From: Rubripirellula sp. | Lineage (GTDB): Bacteria; Planctomycetota; Planctomycetia; Pirellulales; Pirellulaceae | Direction of reading: 5' to 3' | Length of the DNA: 64,000 bases | NCBI GenBank assembly: GCA_965216875.1 | Contig: OZ244207.1 | Location: 4,704,001 to 4,768,000 of the forward strand | Shown here: positions 38,221-47,156 of the stretch, one piece after another | Layout of the letters: each line of letters starts with the position of its first letter | Position numbering within the stretch: the stretch's first letter is position 1 | Notes under the pieces: model-generated | Told to the model about the DNA's origin: nothing | The model's input: only the letters and a program-made list of their open reading frames with translations | Databases searched by the model: none | Translations under genes and position numbers: made by a program

Positions 38221-40005
38221 ATGCGTGCACTCACACGCCACCTTTCAACTGGCCACCTTTCAACGGGCCTGTCGGTCAGTGACCGAATCCCGGGCCAACA
38301 CTACGAGCTACCCGACCATGTTCGGCTGCTCGACGTGGACGTGCCCGATTCCGTCCTTGATCTCGTCCCCGAGACACTTGCACGGGAAAACGCCGTTGCG
38401 CCTTTAGCTGTCGAAGACGACACGATCATCTGCGCGACGCCGCACGACACGGACGTCATGATCCAAGACAAGCTGCGATTCATTCTGAATTGCAATGTCC
38501 GTTTCATTTATCGCAGCAACGAAGAAGTACACAACTTCATCAACTTCCACTATGGCCAAGTCGAGGGTGAGTCGGCCGATTCGATGTTGCAAGAATTCAC
38601 CGACACCGCGATCGACTTTGACGACCGCGACAACAGCGGCGTCTGCTTGTCGATGGCAGGAATACCAAGCCGATCTCGCAATGTCGCTGCACGACGCGCA
38701 TCGCCAGCACCAACCGCTTCGATCAGTTCACGCCGAAACCAAAAAGCCTACGCATCACCCGAGCCAGGAGACGGATTCATGTTCTACACCATCGACGAAG
38801 GCCAACAGGTGTTGGCCTATCGCCCCAACGGGACCATTGATCTGATCGAGGGTCCCAAGCGCGTTTGGAAAGGCCGTTCGCGATTTGAACGCATGCCCCA
38901 TTTCATCGCACACCCGTCACAGTACTTGACGATCCGTTTTCGTGACGGCCGCGAGGAGACTCGCCTTGGCCCCGTCCAAGCATGGCTCGATCGCCGCGTG
39001 CATGATGACATCCAAGTTCATGATTGCCTCGACCTGGCAGCCAAAGAAGCGGTCGTCGTCTATTCGACCAATTCGCCGGATGACGAATCGGGCGCATCTC
39101 GTCGGATCGTTTATGGTCCTGGCTTGTTTGCACCGCGCCCCGGCGAATGGCTGCATAAGTTTTCGTGGCATGCATCGCACGGTGGTTCACGCGGCGTCGA
39201 AAAACGCCCCAACGCACTCAAGTTCCAACAACTTTGCTTGATGCCTGACCAGATGTATCACGACGTTCGCGATGTACGCACCGCCGACGACGCCGTGTTG
39301 ACCATCCGATTGATGATTTTCTTTGAATTGGTCGACATTGAAAGAATGCTCGACACGACTCATGACCCAATCGGCGACTTCATCAACGCGGCCACAAGTG
39401 ACGTGGTCGAGTTCACCGGAAAACGTTCGTTTGAACAATTCAAACAACAAACCGAACAGCTGAATGAATTGTCGACCTACAACCAATTGCTTCACCGCGC
39501 TAGCCAGTGCGGCTACAAGATCAACAACGTCGTCTACCGTGGCTACGGCGCGCCCGATTCACTGCAAGCGATGCATGATGAAGCAATTCAAACACGAACT
39601 CGGTTGCAACTTGAAAAGGCGACCGAAAAACAGGCACAAGAAGTCGAAGACTACAAGCTCAGTTGCCAGATGGAACGCTCTGCGCGGCGCCGCCAGGAGC
39701 AAATGACCGAAGTGCAACACGACCTCGAGACCAAACGTCAACAATCGGACGCTGAACTTGCCCGCAAGGAACGTGTCGCCGAGTTCTCACGCAACGAGCG
39801 CCGTGCTCAAGCGGAACTCGAATTGGAACTGAAACAGCGCGGCGACGAACAAAAACAGGCTCATCTGGAAGCCTTGCGGGGCATGCAGGTCAATCTGACC
39901 GAGTACCTGACCCAGTCTCGCGCCGACCAAGTGATCGAGGTCCGAGGCGACGCGAAGATGCAACCGGAACTGCATTTGGCCAACGGCAAGAGTCGGCCAA
40001 AGTAA
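38221..40005 (+). CDS. GspE/PilB N-terminal domain fused to major-vault-protein-like repeats, SPFH shoulder domain and coiled coil
   Basis: Residues 31-133 are T2SSE_N-like (VPETLARENAVAPL...KLRFILN...YGQVEGESADSMLQEFTDTAIDF). From residue 187: GP-containing repeats, VRTADDA.LTI, DPIGDF, SFEQF, GY.I..V..., long helix. Confidence 0.75.
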   Translation: MRALTRHLSTGHLSTGLSVSDRIPGQHYELPDHVRLLDVDVPDSVLDLVPETLARENAVAPLAVEDDTIICATPHDTDVMIQDKLRFILNCNVRFIYRSNEEVHNFINFHYGQVEGESADSMLQEFTDTAIDFDDRDNSGVCLSMAGIPSRSRNVAARRASPAPTASISSRRNQKAYASPEPGDGFMFYTIDEGQQVLAYRPNGTIDLIEGPKRVWKGRSRFERMPHFIAHPSQYLTIRFRDGREETRLGPVQAWLDRRVHDDIQVHDCLDLAAKEAVVVYSTNSPDDESGASRRIVYGPGLFAPRPGEWLHKFSWHASHGGSRGVEKRPNALKFQQLCLMPDQMYHDVRDVRTADDAVLTIRLMIFFELVDIERMLDTTHDPIGDFINAATSDVVEFTGKRSFEQFKQQTEQLNELSTYNQLLHRASQCGYKINNVVYRGYGAPDSLQAMHDEAIQTRTRLQLEKATEKQAQEVEDYKLSCQMERSARRRQEQMTEVQHDLETKRQQSDAELARKERVAEFSRNERRAQAELELELKQRGDEQKQAHLEALRGMQVNLTEYLTQSRADQVIEVRGDAKMQPELHLANGKSRPK

Positions 40006-40016
40006 TACCGCGTGGG

Positions 40017-41729
40017 TTACGGCTTGGGCGCAGCTTCGACAAGTGTCGCAAGCTCGTCCTTGCCGACTCGCGTGCAGAATTCACCGAGCGATTCGTCGCC
40101 TTGGCGATTCGCTTTGAAGGCAGCGAAGATTCCGACCATCTCGTCAACGACTTGGTCGTCTTGAACCATGTCTTTGTAGATGTAGGCAAGTCGATTGCCG
40201 AGCCAACCGCCACCCGCGTAAAGGGTGTAGCGATCTTTCGCCTTACCAACCAACGCCAGGTCAGCGTTGTAGGGACGCGCACATCCGTTGGGGCAACCGG
40301 TCATCCGGATCGTGAACCGTTCCTTGTCGAGTCCAAGTTTCGCCAGCGGGCCTTCCAACCCATCAATGATGCTCGGTAGGCGACGCTCACTTTCGGTAAT
40401 CGCCAAACCACAGGTCGGCAGGGCGACGCACGACATCGACCAACGACGAACGGTCGAGGTTTCTTCGGTCAACGGAACATTGTTCTCTTTGATCAACGAG
40501 ATCAGCTTTTCTTTGCCACCTTCTTCGATGTCGGTGAAGATCACACTCTGGTGACCGGTCATTCGGATCTCGGTTTTGAACTCGTTGCATACCGCACGTA
40601 GCGCCGCTTTGACTTTGATGTTCTCGCTGTCATACAGGCGACCGTTTTCGATGTTCAAACCGTACGACCACTTGCCGTCACCTTGCTCTTGCCAACCCAT
40701 GTGGTCGTCAAAGCCGTGCACGTCGTCTTCGGTGCAATCTTCCAGCGGGCTACCAAAGTACTTCTCGACTTCGGCGCGGAATTTTTCGATTCCCCAATCA
40801 TTGATCAGGTATTTCATACGTGCCGTTTTGCGATCAGCACGGTTGCCGTTGTCTCGCTGGACTTTCAATACCGCTTGGCAAACACCGACAAGTTGTTCCG
40901 GGGTGGCAAAAGCCATTCGTTTCGCGAGCGCCGGGAAGGTGTTCTTCTTGGCGGGTGTCGTTCCCATGCCGCCGCCGACAAGGACGTTGTAGCCGATGAT
41001 CTTTCCGTCTCGAACAACCGCCAGCAGACCGAGGTCCTGGGTGTAGATGTCGATGCAGTTGTCTTCGGGCAGGCAGATGCCCATTTTGAACTTACGCGGA
41101 AGATAGGTCGGACCATAAAGCGGCTCGTCGATCGGACCGCCACCGGCGAGCGTCTTTTCGCCACTTTCCGGGTCGGTCAACCACAACTCGTGATAGGCAG
41201 GCGTCTGAGGCGCCATCGCTTCGGTCAATTCATCGGTCACCCGGTTCAATTCGTCGTAGACACCGCCAACGCGTTTCGCTGGGCAGCACATGATGTTTCG
41301 ATTGACATCGCCACAGGCCGCAAGCGTCGACAACTGAATGTCGTTGATCCGTTTGATCGTCGGACGCAAGTCATCTTTAAGGATGCCGTGCAATTGCAAT
41401 GTTTGGCGCGACGTGATCTTGAGCGTCGAGTTGCCAAGCTCTTCACACAAGTTCAACTGGTCGAGCATTTGATCCGATGTGATGCGACCACCCGGAATCC
41501 GCAGGCGCACCATCATCGAGTAAGCCTTGCCGCCACCCTCTTTTTTCTTGACAAGACGTTGGTCACGGTCGTCTTGCTGGTAGGTGCCGTGGAACTTCAG
41601 CAGCTGAATATTGTTCTTGTCGAAGTGGTCGATCGGATCGGCGATTTCCTCGGCGATGGTGCCGTGCAGGAAATTGCTATCGGTTTTGATCTTCTCAACG
41701 GGGCTGAGCTTCGGCGCGTCGGTGGACAT
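40017..41729 (-). CDS. cysI: Assimilatory sulfite reductase hemoprotein subunit
   Basis: KFHGTYQQDDRD, TSRQ.LQLHG, ACGDVNRN, YLPRKFK, CVALPTC, MTGCPNGC siroheme/[4Fe-4S] ligands. Confidence 0.92.
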   Translation of the reverse strand: MSTDAPKLSPVEKIKTDSNFLHGTIAEEIADPIDHFDKNNIQLLKFHGTYQQDDRDQRLVKKKEGGGKAYSMMVRLRIPGGRITSDQMLDQLNLCEELGNSTLKITSRQTLQLHGILKDDLRPTIKRINDIQLSTLAACGDVNRNIMCCPAKRVGGVYDELNRVTDELTEAMAPQTPAYHELWLTDPESGEKTLAGGGPIDEPLYGPTYLPRKFKMGICLPEDNCIDIYTQDLGLLAVVRDGKIIGYNVLVGGGMGTTPAKKNTFPALAKRMAFATPEQLVGVCQAVLKVQRDNGNRADRKTARMKYLINDWGIEKFRAEVEKYFGSPLEDCTEDDVHGFDDHMGWQEQGDGKWSYGLNIENGRLYDSENIKVKAALRAVCNEFKTEIRMTGHQSVIFTDIEEGGKEKLISLIKENNVPLTEETSTVRRWSMSCVALPTCGLAITESERRLPSIIDGLEGPLAKLGLDKERFTIRMTGCPNGCARPYNADLALVGKAKDRYTLYAGGGWLGNRLAYIYKDMVQDDQVVDEMVGIFAAFKANRQGDESLGEFCTRVGKDELATLVEAAPKP

Positions 41730-42004
41730 CGAGACGAGTGATTCCTGTGCAAAATGGAAGACTTTGCGGCGTCGGGAACGGGTTTTCCGCAATCCCGGAA
41801 GTCTGGGTAACTATAGCCAGGGGCCCGGTTTGCCACTATGGCGCTTTCATCACCTTCAAATGGCTGCCCACTTTCCACAACCGCCCGCCCCTGGCATTCT
41901 GGGCCCTGGCATTCTGAGGCGAGATGGCGGGTCGAGGTTCATGCCTCCGCTTTGCCGCCGCCGGAATCGAACGCGAACTTGGCCCCCAACACCGCAAAAA
42001 CACC

Positions 42005-42889
42005 ATGACCGCAGATCTATTGGACGGAAAAAAGATTGCTGGCGAAATCCGGACGGATGTCGCCAAGGATGTTGCCGAGTTCACGGCCGGTGGTGGCGCC
42101 AAACCCTGTTTGGCCGCTGTTTTGGTGGGTGAAGATCCGGCCAGCCAAGTCTATGTCCGCAACAAAGAACGCGCTTGCGAAAAGGCGGGAATCGAGGGAC
42201 GCACCCTCCGTTTGCCCGCCGATTCGACTCAGCAACAATTGCTCGAACTGGTCGGCCAACTCAACGAAGACGCTTCGGTCAACGGAATCCTGGTGCAACT
42301 GCCACTTCCCAAAGGCAGCGACTTTGACGAACGCGAAGTGCTCGACGCGATCGATCCACTCAAAGACGTCGATGCCTTTTCCCCCGTCAACGTGGGGCTG
42401 TTGATGCAGGGTCGGCCGCGATTCCTACCCTGTACGCCGCACGGGGTCGTCCAGCTCTTGCATCGAACCGGACACAGTGTCGCAGGCAAACATGTCGTCG
42501 TGGTCGGCCGCAGTGACATCGTCGGCAAACCGATGGCGATGATGCTGGCACAACGCGACGGATCGTGTGGACGCGAGGTCGCCAACGCAACGGTCACGCT
42601 CGCGCACAGCCGTACGGCGAACTTGGCCGAGGTCTGCAAAACGGCCGACTGCCTGGTTGCTGCCGTAGGCGTGCCGGAGATGATTCGCGGCGACATGATC
42701 AAGCCAGGTGCGATCGTGATTGATGTCGGGATCAACCGTGTCGACGACAAGTTGGTTGGCGACGTTGCTTTCGACGAAGCCGCCGAAGTTGCTGGCGCGA
42801 TCACGCCCGTGCCCGGCGGCGTCGGCCCGCTCACCATCGCGATGCTGCTGCACAACACGCTGTTGGCCGCCAAGCTGCAACAAGCGTAA
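42005..42889 (+). CDS. folD: Bifunctional methylenetetrahydrofolate dehydrogenase/cyclohydrolase
   Basis: YVRNK, GILVQLPLP, KDVD, PCTP, VGRSDIVGKP, TPVPGGVGP. Confidence 0.96.
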   Translation: MTADLLDGKKIAGEIRTDVAKDVAEFTAGGGAKPCLAAVLVGEDPASQVYVRNKERACEKAGIEGRTLRLPADSTQQQLLELVGQLNEDASVNGILVQLPLPKGSDFDEREVLDAIDPLKDVDAFSPVNVGLLMQGRPRFLPCTPHGVVQLLHRTGHSVAGKHVVVVGRSDIVGKPMAMMLAQRDGSCGREVANATVTLAHSRTANLAEVCKTADCLVAAVGVPEMIRGDMIKPGAIVIDVGINRVDDKLVGDVAFDEAAEVAGAITPVPGGVGPLTIAMLLHNTLLAAKLQQA

Positions 42890-42896
42890 GGTCTTC

Positions 42897-43197
42897 GTAG
42901 GTCATGCTCCGAATGACGGGTGTTCGCATCAACCGTAGGGCCGTTTGTAGTCCAGCCTTTAGGCGGTCCGTGAGAAGATTCCGGCTAAAGCTCGGTACTA
43001 CGAACTGCCGGCTCACGAAAACCACAGCGTCCGCATCAACCGTAGCTACCTTCGCCAGAAGGTGGATTCGCTGCGTAACCGCTTCCCATCACCCCACGCT
43101 CTGGCGAGCGTAGCTACGGACGCGTAGGGCCCGACGCTAGCGCGTTCGGCTCACAAAGAATGATCGCGTGCCGATTGTCATGCGGAGCATGACCTAC
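42897..43197. repeat. Nested REP mosaic: D(+) 42897, C doublet 42940-43004, B doublet 43042-43117, A(-) 43128-43154, D(-) 43177-43197
   Basis: Each unit matches copies elsewhere in the window. Confidence 0.9.
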
Positions 43198-46019
43198 TAG
43201 AGGAACACTTCTTTGTTGTGGACGATCGTTGTTGGCAGGTGTCCACTTGTGACCGCTTGGTCAATCACACGCTGCGCCGTTTCGTTCTTGGCGTAAACGG
43301 CTTCACCGGGACTCACGAGGTGATTCCACCACCGCTGGTAGACATCCACCAAGTCGCGTTTACTGGCCAAGACACTCGGGACGGCGTGCAACATCACTTG
43401 GCTTTGCTCGCGTGTTTCGAGCATGCGACGAATCGGCCCAGGTAGCAAAATCGCTGCCCACGATTCGGTCACCTCGTCGGCCATCCGCGGAATGATGTAT
43501 CGAGGCTGATTCAACGGTCCGATCGCCTCGGCCATCGCCGAAGCAAACCGTTCACACTCTTCCCGTGGTCGATCCTCCAAAAAGATTCGCACGTAGCCAC
43601 CGTCCCGCTGAGAGATTCTGAGTGGCGACTCCGCTTCGAGCAACTTTCGCCGCTTGGCAAGCGGCGCCGCGTCCTTGAGTGCTTTGCGGCCCACGCGCCC
43701 CGCATCGATGCCGGCCAGCGCCGCCAAGATGGATCGTCCAATCGCAACAGCGAGCGTTGCGTCCGTCCATGGCACGCGGCAACCGCGAAAGGGTGGACAA
43801 CCGCCACCCACTACCGTGCCGCGGATCTCGATCGCACGAATGGGGTCGGTTGAATAAGGATTGCCGATATCCCACATGCGATACACGTCGCTGCGTTTCG
43901 ATGCGCGAGCAATCATATCGCCGTTGATCGATTCGACATTGCCTTCGATCAATTCAGGTTGCATGTCGGTGAACGACGCGTGCACGTGCCCCACACCTTG
44001 TTCAATCGCACCATCATCACAGATGCCGAAGATCGTTTCATGCTTTCGCCGAAACCGATGATAGTCATCGAGCCCGCCGGTGAACTCGGGCGCCAGGCAC
44101 ACGACATCCCAGTTGTTGGCAAGTTTGTCGGGGGCATTTGGATCGAGGCGAATCGACCGACCACGCAATTGATTGACGGTCATCGAAGACGCGACGGTCG
44201 AAAGATCAACCAGAACGTTGATCTTGTTCGCATCCCATCCTTCGCCAAGTAGGCCGCGCGTTCCAACCAAACACTTAGTAACGCCCCGTTGAAACAGCTC
44301 GGTGATCATCTCGACGTAGACGCGAGGGCACCAATCACTCCCGCGGCCGGTGATCACACTGAACAGCCCTTCGTCCTGGCGATCGAGGGTCACCGAGAGC
44401 TGTTTTTTTTGAAACCAGAGTTTCGCCTCACCCATGAATCGCACCACAAGATCGACATCGACCAGCACGGTTGATCCCGTCAGCAGAATGGGGTCGAGCC
44501 GATTGGTCGTTTCGTCATCAAGAATCGCGCGAAACGCAGCAATCGCACCACCGGCTTCTTCATCCAATAGATGCGTGATCTCGGGTGACACGGCCGACGT
44601 CTTTTCGTAATCGGCGATCACGACCGCGCGCGTGTTGCTGCCGAGCAAGCTCCATTCGTTTTTCAGAATCGGAACCAGCGACCGAACCTTGTTGCGCGTG
44701 TACGCCAAGACTCGCGAGATCGGCGACGCGCACGGACGGCTGCCCGTTTCGGTGATCTGAACACCAAGCATTCGCAATCGGTCCGTCGCCCGCTCGGCAA
44801 GCCGGTGATCCTGCTGGCTTGGTGAACGCCGAAGCGCATGACGGGTGAAGCGATCGATTAAAACCACCAAGCGTTCCTGTGGCTCGATCGACGGTGGCGG
44901 TACGGCTGGTACGTCATCGGGCAACTTGGCGCCGCGGCGATCGAGGAACCAAATCGCCGAGGCGACAAAATCGGGGTCGCGGCCGAGAAAGTGCTGCCAA
45001 CTCGTCTCTTTGCCGGACGGCAGCAAACGGCCCGCCAACACACGCGCAAGCCAATCAACAAGCGATTCCCGCTCGTCGTCGCTGTGACAAAGCTCTTCGA
45101 CGAGTGCCTGAAACTGTTTGTCGGCCGACGCGATGAACTCGAGCTCTTCCGATGTCGGCGAAACGAAATAGGCAAGGTCTTGGTAAGGCGCGAGGTACCC
45201 GTCTTTCACAACGGCGGGCACCGGCACTTCAAAATCGACATCGCCGAAAAAGGTATCGTACCGCTTCACGTCATCGGGCTTGTGCCCGTCGCGATCGGGC
45301 GGGGTCGCGGTTAAGCCGACGACGACCGGCTGGCCCAAGTACTGGTCCACTTCCGAGAGGACACGGCCCCAATGACCCATCAGGTGATGGCACTCATCAA
45401 GGATCAACAAACCGATCGATTGATCACGAAGCCGCTGCAAGGTGTCGACACAACGATCGTGAAGCATCGAGAGTGCGCGACCGCCCGCCGCATCGTCGTC
45501 TCGAATGCGCTTGCGGTAGTACGAAAGTCGCTGCTGGTAGTAGTCTGGGTTGTGCGTGCGAAGGTCGTTGACCCAAATCTCGGCGGCCGTTGTGTTTTCG
45601 GCTTGTTCCTTTTCCAACAGCGTTTGCAACCAAAGATCGATCGCGCGTGAATCGAGCTTGTCGTCGGCTCGCGCGGGCAGCGTGATCGATTGGTAGGTCA
45701 ATGAGGTCAGCAGTGCCGGCCGGTCCGCAGAGGTGCTGACGATCTCGTCTTGCGAAATCGTCGAACCGGCAACCGAAAAGAGGTTGGCTTGCGATGCCCA
45801 TTGGGCTTGGATGGCTGAGTTTGGCGAAAGCACCAAAGCAGGCTTCTTGATCATGCAGGCCCAAAGGTAGAGCCCAAGGATCGTCTTGCCCGAACCAGGT
45901 GGAGCGACCACGTGGATCCGCCGCTTGCCGCCCGCGAGTTGCTCGGCGGCAATCGATTCAACAGCGCGTTGTGACGGCCTGAGCGATCCCTGAAAACGAA
46001 ACTCGGGGAATCCCGTCAC
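43197..46019 (-). CDS. SF2 DEAD/DEAH helicase (type III restriction res-subunit-like domain)
   Basis: LRPSQ, APPGSGKT, DECHH, GLTATP, LGEGWD, QLRGRSIR. GTG start at 46019. Confidence 0.88.
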   Translation of the reverse strand: MTGFPEFRFQGSLRPSQRAVESIAAEQLAGGKRRIHVVAPPGSGKTILGLYLWACMIKKPALVLSPNSAIQAQWASQANLFSVAGSTISQDEIVSTSADRPALLTSLTYQSITLPARADDKLDSRAIDLWLQTLLEKEQAENTTAAEIWVNDLRTHNPDYYQQRLSYYRKRIRDDDAAGGRALSMLHDRCVDTLQRLRDQSIGLLILDECHHLMGHWGRVLSEVDQYLGQPVVVGLTATPPDRDGHKPDDVKRYDTFFGDVDFEVPVPAVVKDGYLAPYQDLAYFVSPTSEELEFIASADKQFQALVEELCHSDDERESLVDWLARVLAGRLLPSGKETSWQHFLGRDPDFVASAIWFLDRRGAKLPDDVPAVPPPSIEPQERLVVLIDRFTRHALRRSPSQQDHRLAERATDRLRMLGVQITETGSRPCASPISRVLAYTRNKVRSLVPILKNEWSLLGSNTRAVVIADYEKTSAVSPEITHLLDEEAGGAIAAFRAILDDETTNRLDPILLTGSTVLVDVDLVVRFMGEAKLWFQKKQLSVTLDRQDEGLFSVITGRGSDWCPRVYVEMITELFQRGVTKCLVGTRGLLGEGWDANKINVLVDLSTVASSMTVNQLRGRSIRLDPNAPDKLANNWDVVCLAPEFTGGLDDYHRFRRKHETIFGICDDGAIEQGVGHVHASFTDMQPELIEGNVESINGDMIARASKRSDVYRMWDIGNPYSTDPIRAIEIRGTVVGGGCPPFRGCRVPWTDATLAVAIGRSILAALAGIDAGRVGRKALKDAAPLAKRRKLLEAESPLRISQRDGGYVRIFLEDRPREECERFASAMAEAIGPLNQPRYIIPRMADEVTESWAAILLPGPIRRMLETREQSQVMLHAVPSVLASKRDLVDVYQRWWNHLVSPGEAVYAKNETAQRVIDQAVTSGHLPTTIVHNKEVFL

Positions 46020-46030
46020 GTTGCGATCAC

Positions 46031-46813
46031 CTACTGAGTCTTGCCAAGTTTGCCGGCCGCCCAAAGCGTTCCGTTGGCCAATGCGTCAAGGAAGACTTCG
46101 TCTTGAAAGGTTTCGTTACTGTGCCCATAGGTCGTCCCGAAAACGCGAGCTTTACCAAACTGATTGACCCAAAAGACTGCGTGCTCTTTGCCTGTCTTCT
46201 CGCTCTTTGAAGTTGCCAAAACCGTTGTCTTGGGCCACACCTTTTCGATGATGTAAAGCTCATCGATTGCCGAAGTGTGATTGGCTGGAAAACCGTCCAT
46301 CACAGGATGATCGCCGGCTACGACTTTAATCGGATACTCGCTTTTGTGTTCGTGGCGGCGACTGGTGACCCCAAGGAACTCACGCCAGTCATCAACCTTG
46401 GCGTCACGGTAGGTGTGCATCGCACAGTGAATCACAACCGCGTTGACGCCTTCACGATGCGGCTTGGTGATCTTGCGAATGTAGTCGGCTTCGTCGGTCT
46501 TTGCGAAGCACTCATTGTGAATCACCACGTCAAAACCATCCGCCCAATCTTCTTTTTCATAGAGATCGATTTGGGCCGATGTCCCTTTGCCACCTTCGTT
46601 AACCACCGTCCAAGTCGCGACCACGCCGCGTTCCTTTAGCGCCAATTGCATCGTCTTGGATTGGTAGTCGTAGTCATGGCAACAACCGCCGGTGATCAGC
46701 AAGATGTTGATCGAATCAGACTTTTCATCAGCGTGAGCCGTACAAGCGGAATCCAACGAACAGGCTGCAAGGCAAGCCAGCAAGCAAAGTGAACGGTGAA
46801 GGAGTTTGAACAT
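46031..46813 (-). CDS. Secreted ThuA-domain protein
   Basis: Signal peptide; ITGGCCHDY, HCAMH, DELY, GKARVFGTTYGH. Confidence 0.88.
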   Translation of the reverse strand: MFKLLHRSLCLLACLAACSLDSACTAHADEKSDSINILLITGGCCHDYDYQSKTMQLALKERGVVATWTVVNEGGKGTSAQIDLYEKEDWADGFDVVIHNECFAKTDEADYIRKITKPHREGVNAVVIHCAMHTYRDAKVDDWREFLGVTSRRHEHKSEYPIKVVAGDHPVMDGFPANHTSAIDELYIIEKVWPKTTVLATSKSEKTGKEHAVFWVNQFGKARVFGTTYGHSNETFQDEVFLDALANGTLWAAGKLGKTQ

Positions 46814-46951
46814 TGGATCTCCGAACAAACTGTGGTGGGGTGGGGCAGGGCAGGGGATGCAGGTCGCATGATACACCGAATCGAAGCGGAAAGCGCCGTG
46901 AGCGGCGTGGGTGTTCGTTGCCGGTCTGATGCCGATTTCGTATGCATTGAC

Positions 46952-47055
46952 ACTCTCCCTTGGGAGAGTCGGGCTCTCAGGCCCGGAGAGGGATTGCCTT
47001 GCTGAAGGCCCTCCCCGGACTTTGCGTCCGACCCTCCCGCAAGCGGGAGGGTGAT
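46952..47055. repeat. Family E composite palindromic repeat, copy 2
   Basis: Matches 36934-37042. Confidence 0.88.
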
Positions 47056-47094
47056 CGAAGCTTCCGCCCAATGGCGGGACCACAGACCGCACAT

Positions 47095-47128
47095 AAAAAA
47101 ACGCGTTCGGGCCGTGACCCGAACGCGT
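47095..47128 (-). terminator. Intrinsic terminator of the DUF4912 gene
   Basis: 11-bp perfect stem ACGCGTTCGGG/CCCGAACGCGT followed by a U-tract on the minus strand. Confidence 0.85.
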
Positions 47129-47156
47129 GATGATGACTCTTGCCTGGTGTCTGATC

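Noticed and set aside
38221..38619. MshEN c-di-GMP-binding motif in the GspE-N region
   Set aside because: No RLGxxL(L/V)xxG motif; only the downstream N-domain core is present.
41800..42004. ZTP or THF riboswitch upstream of folD
   Set aside because: Conserved aptamer motifs not recognised by eye; only a 15-bp duplication is present. An Infernal/Rfam scan would be decisive.
43197..46019. Type III restriction-modification system
   Set aside because: No methyltransferase gene nearby and no clear PD-(D/E)xK motif.
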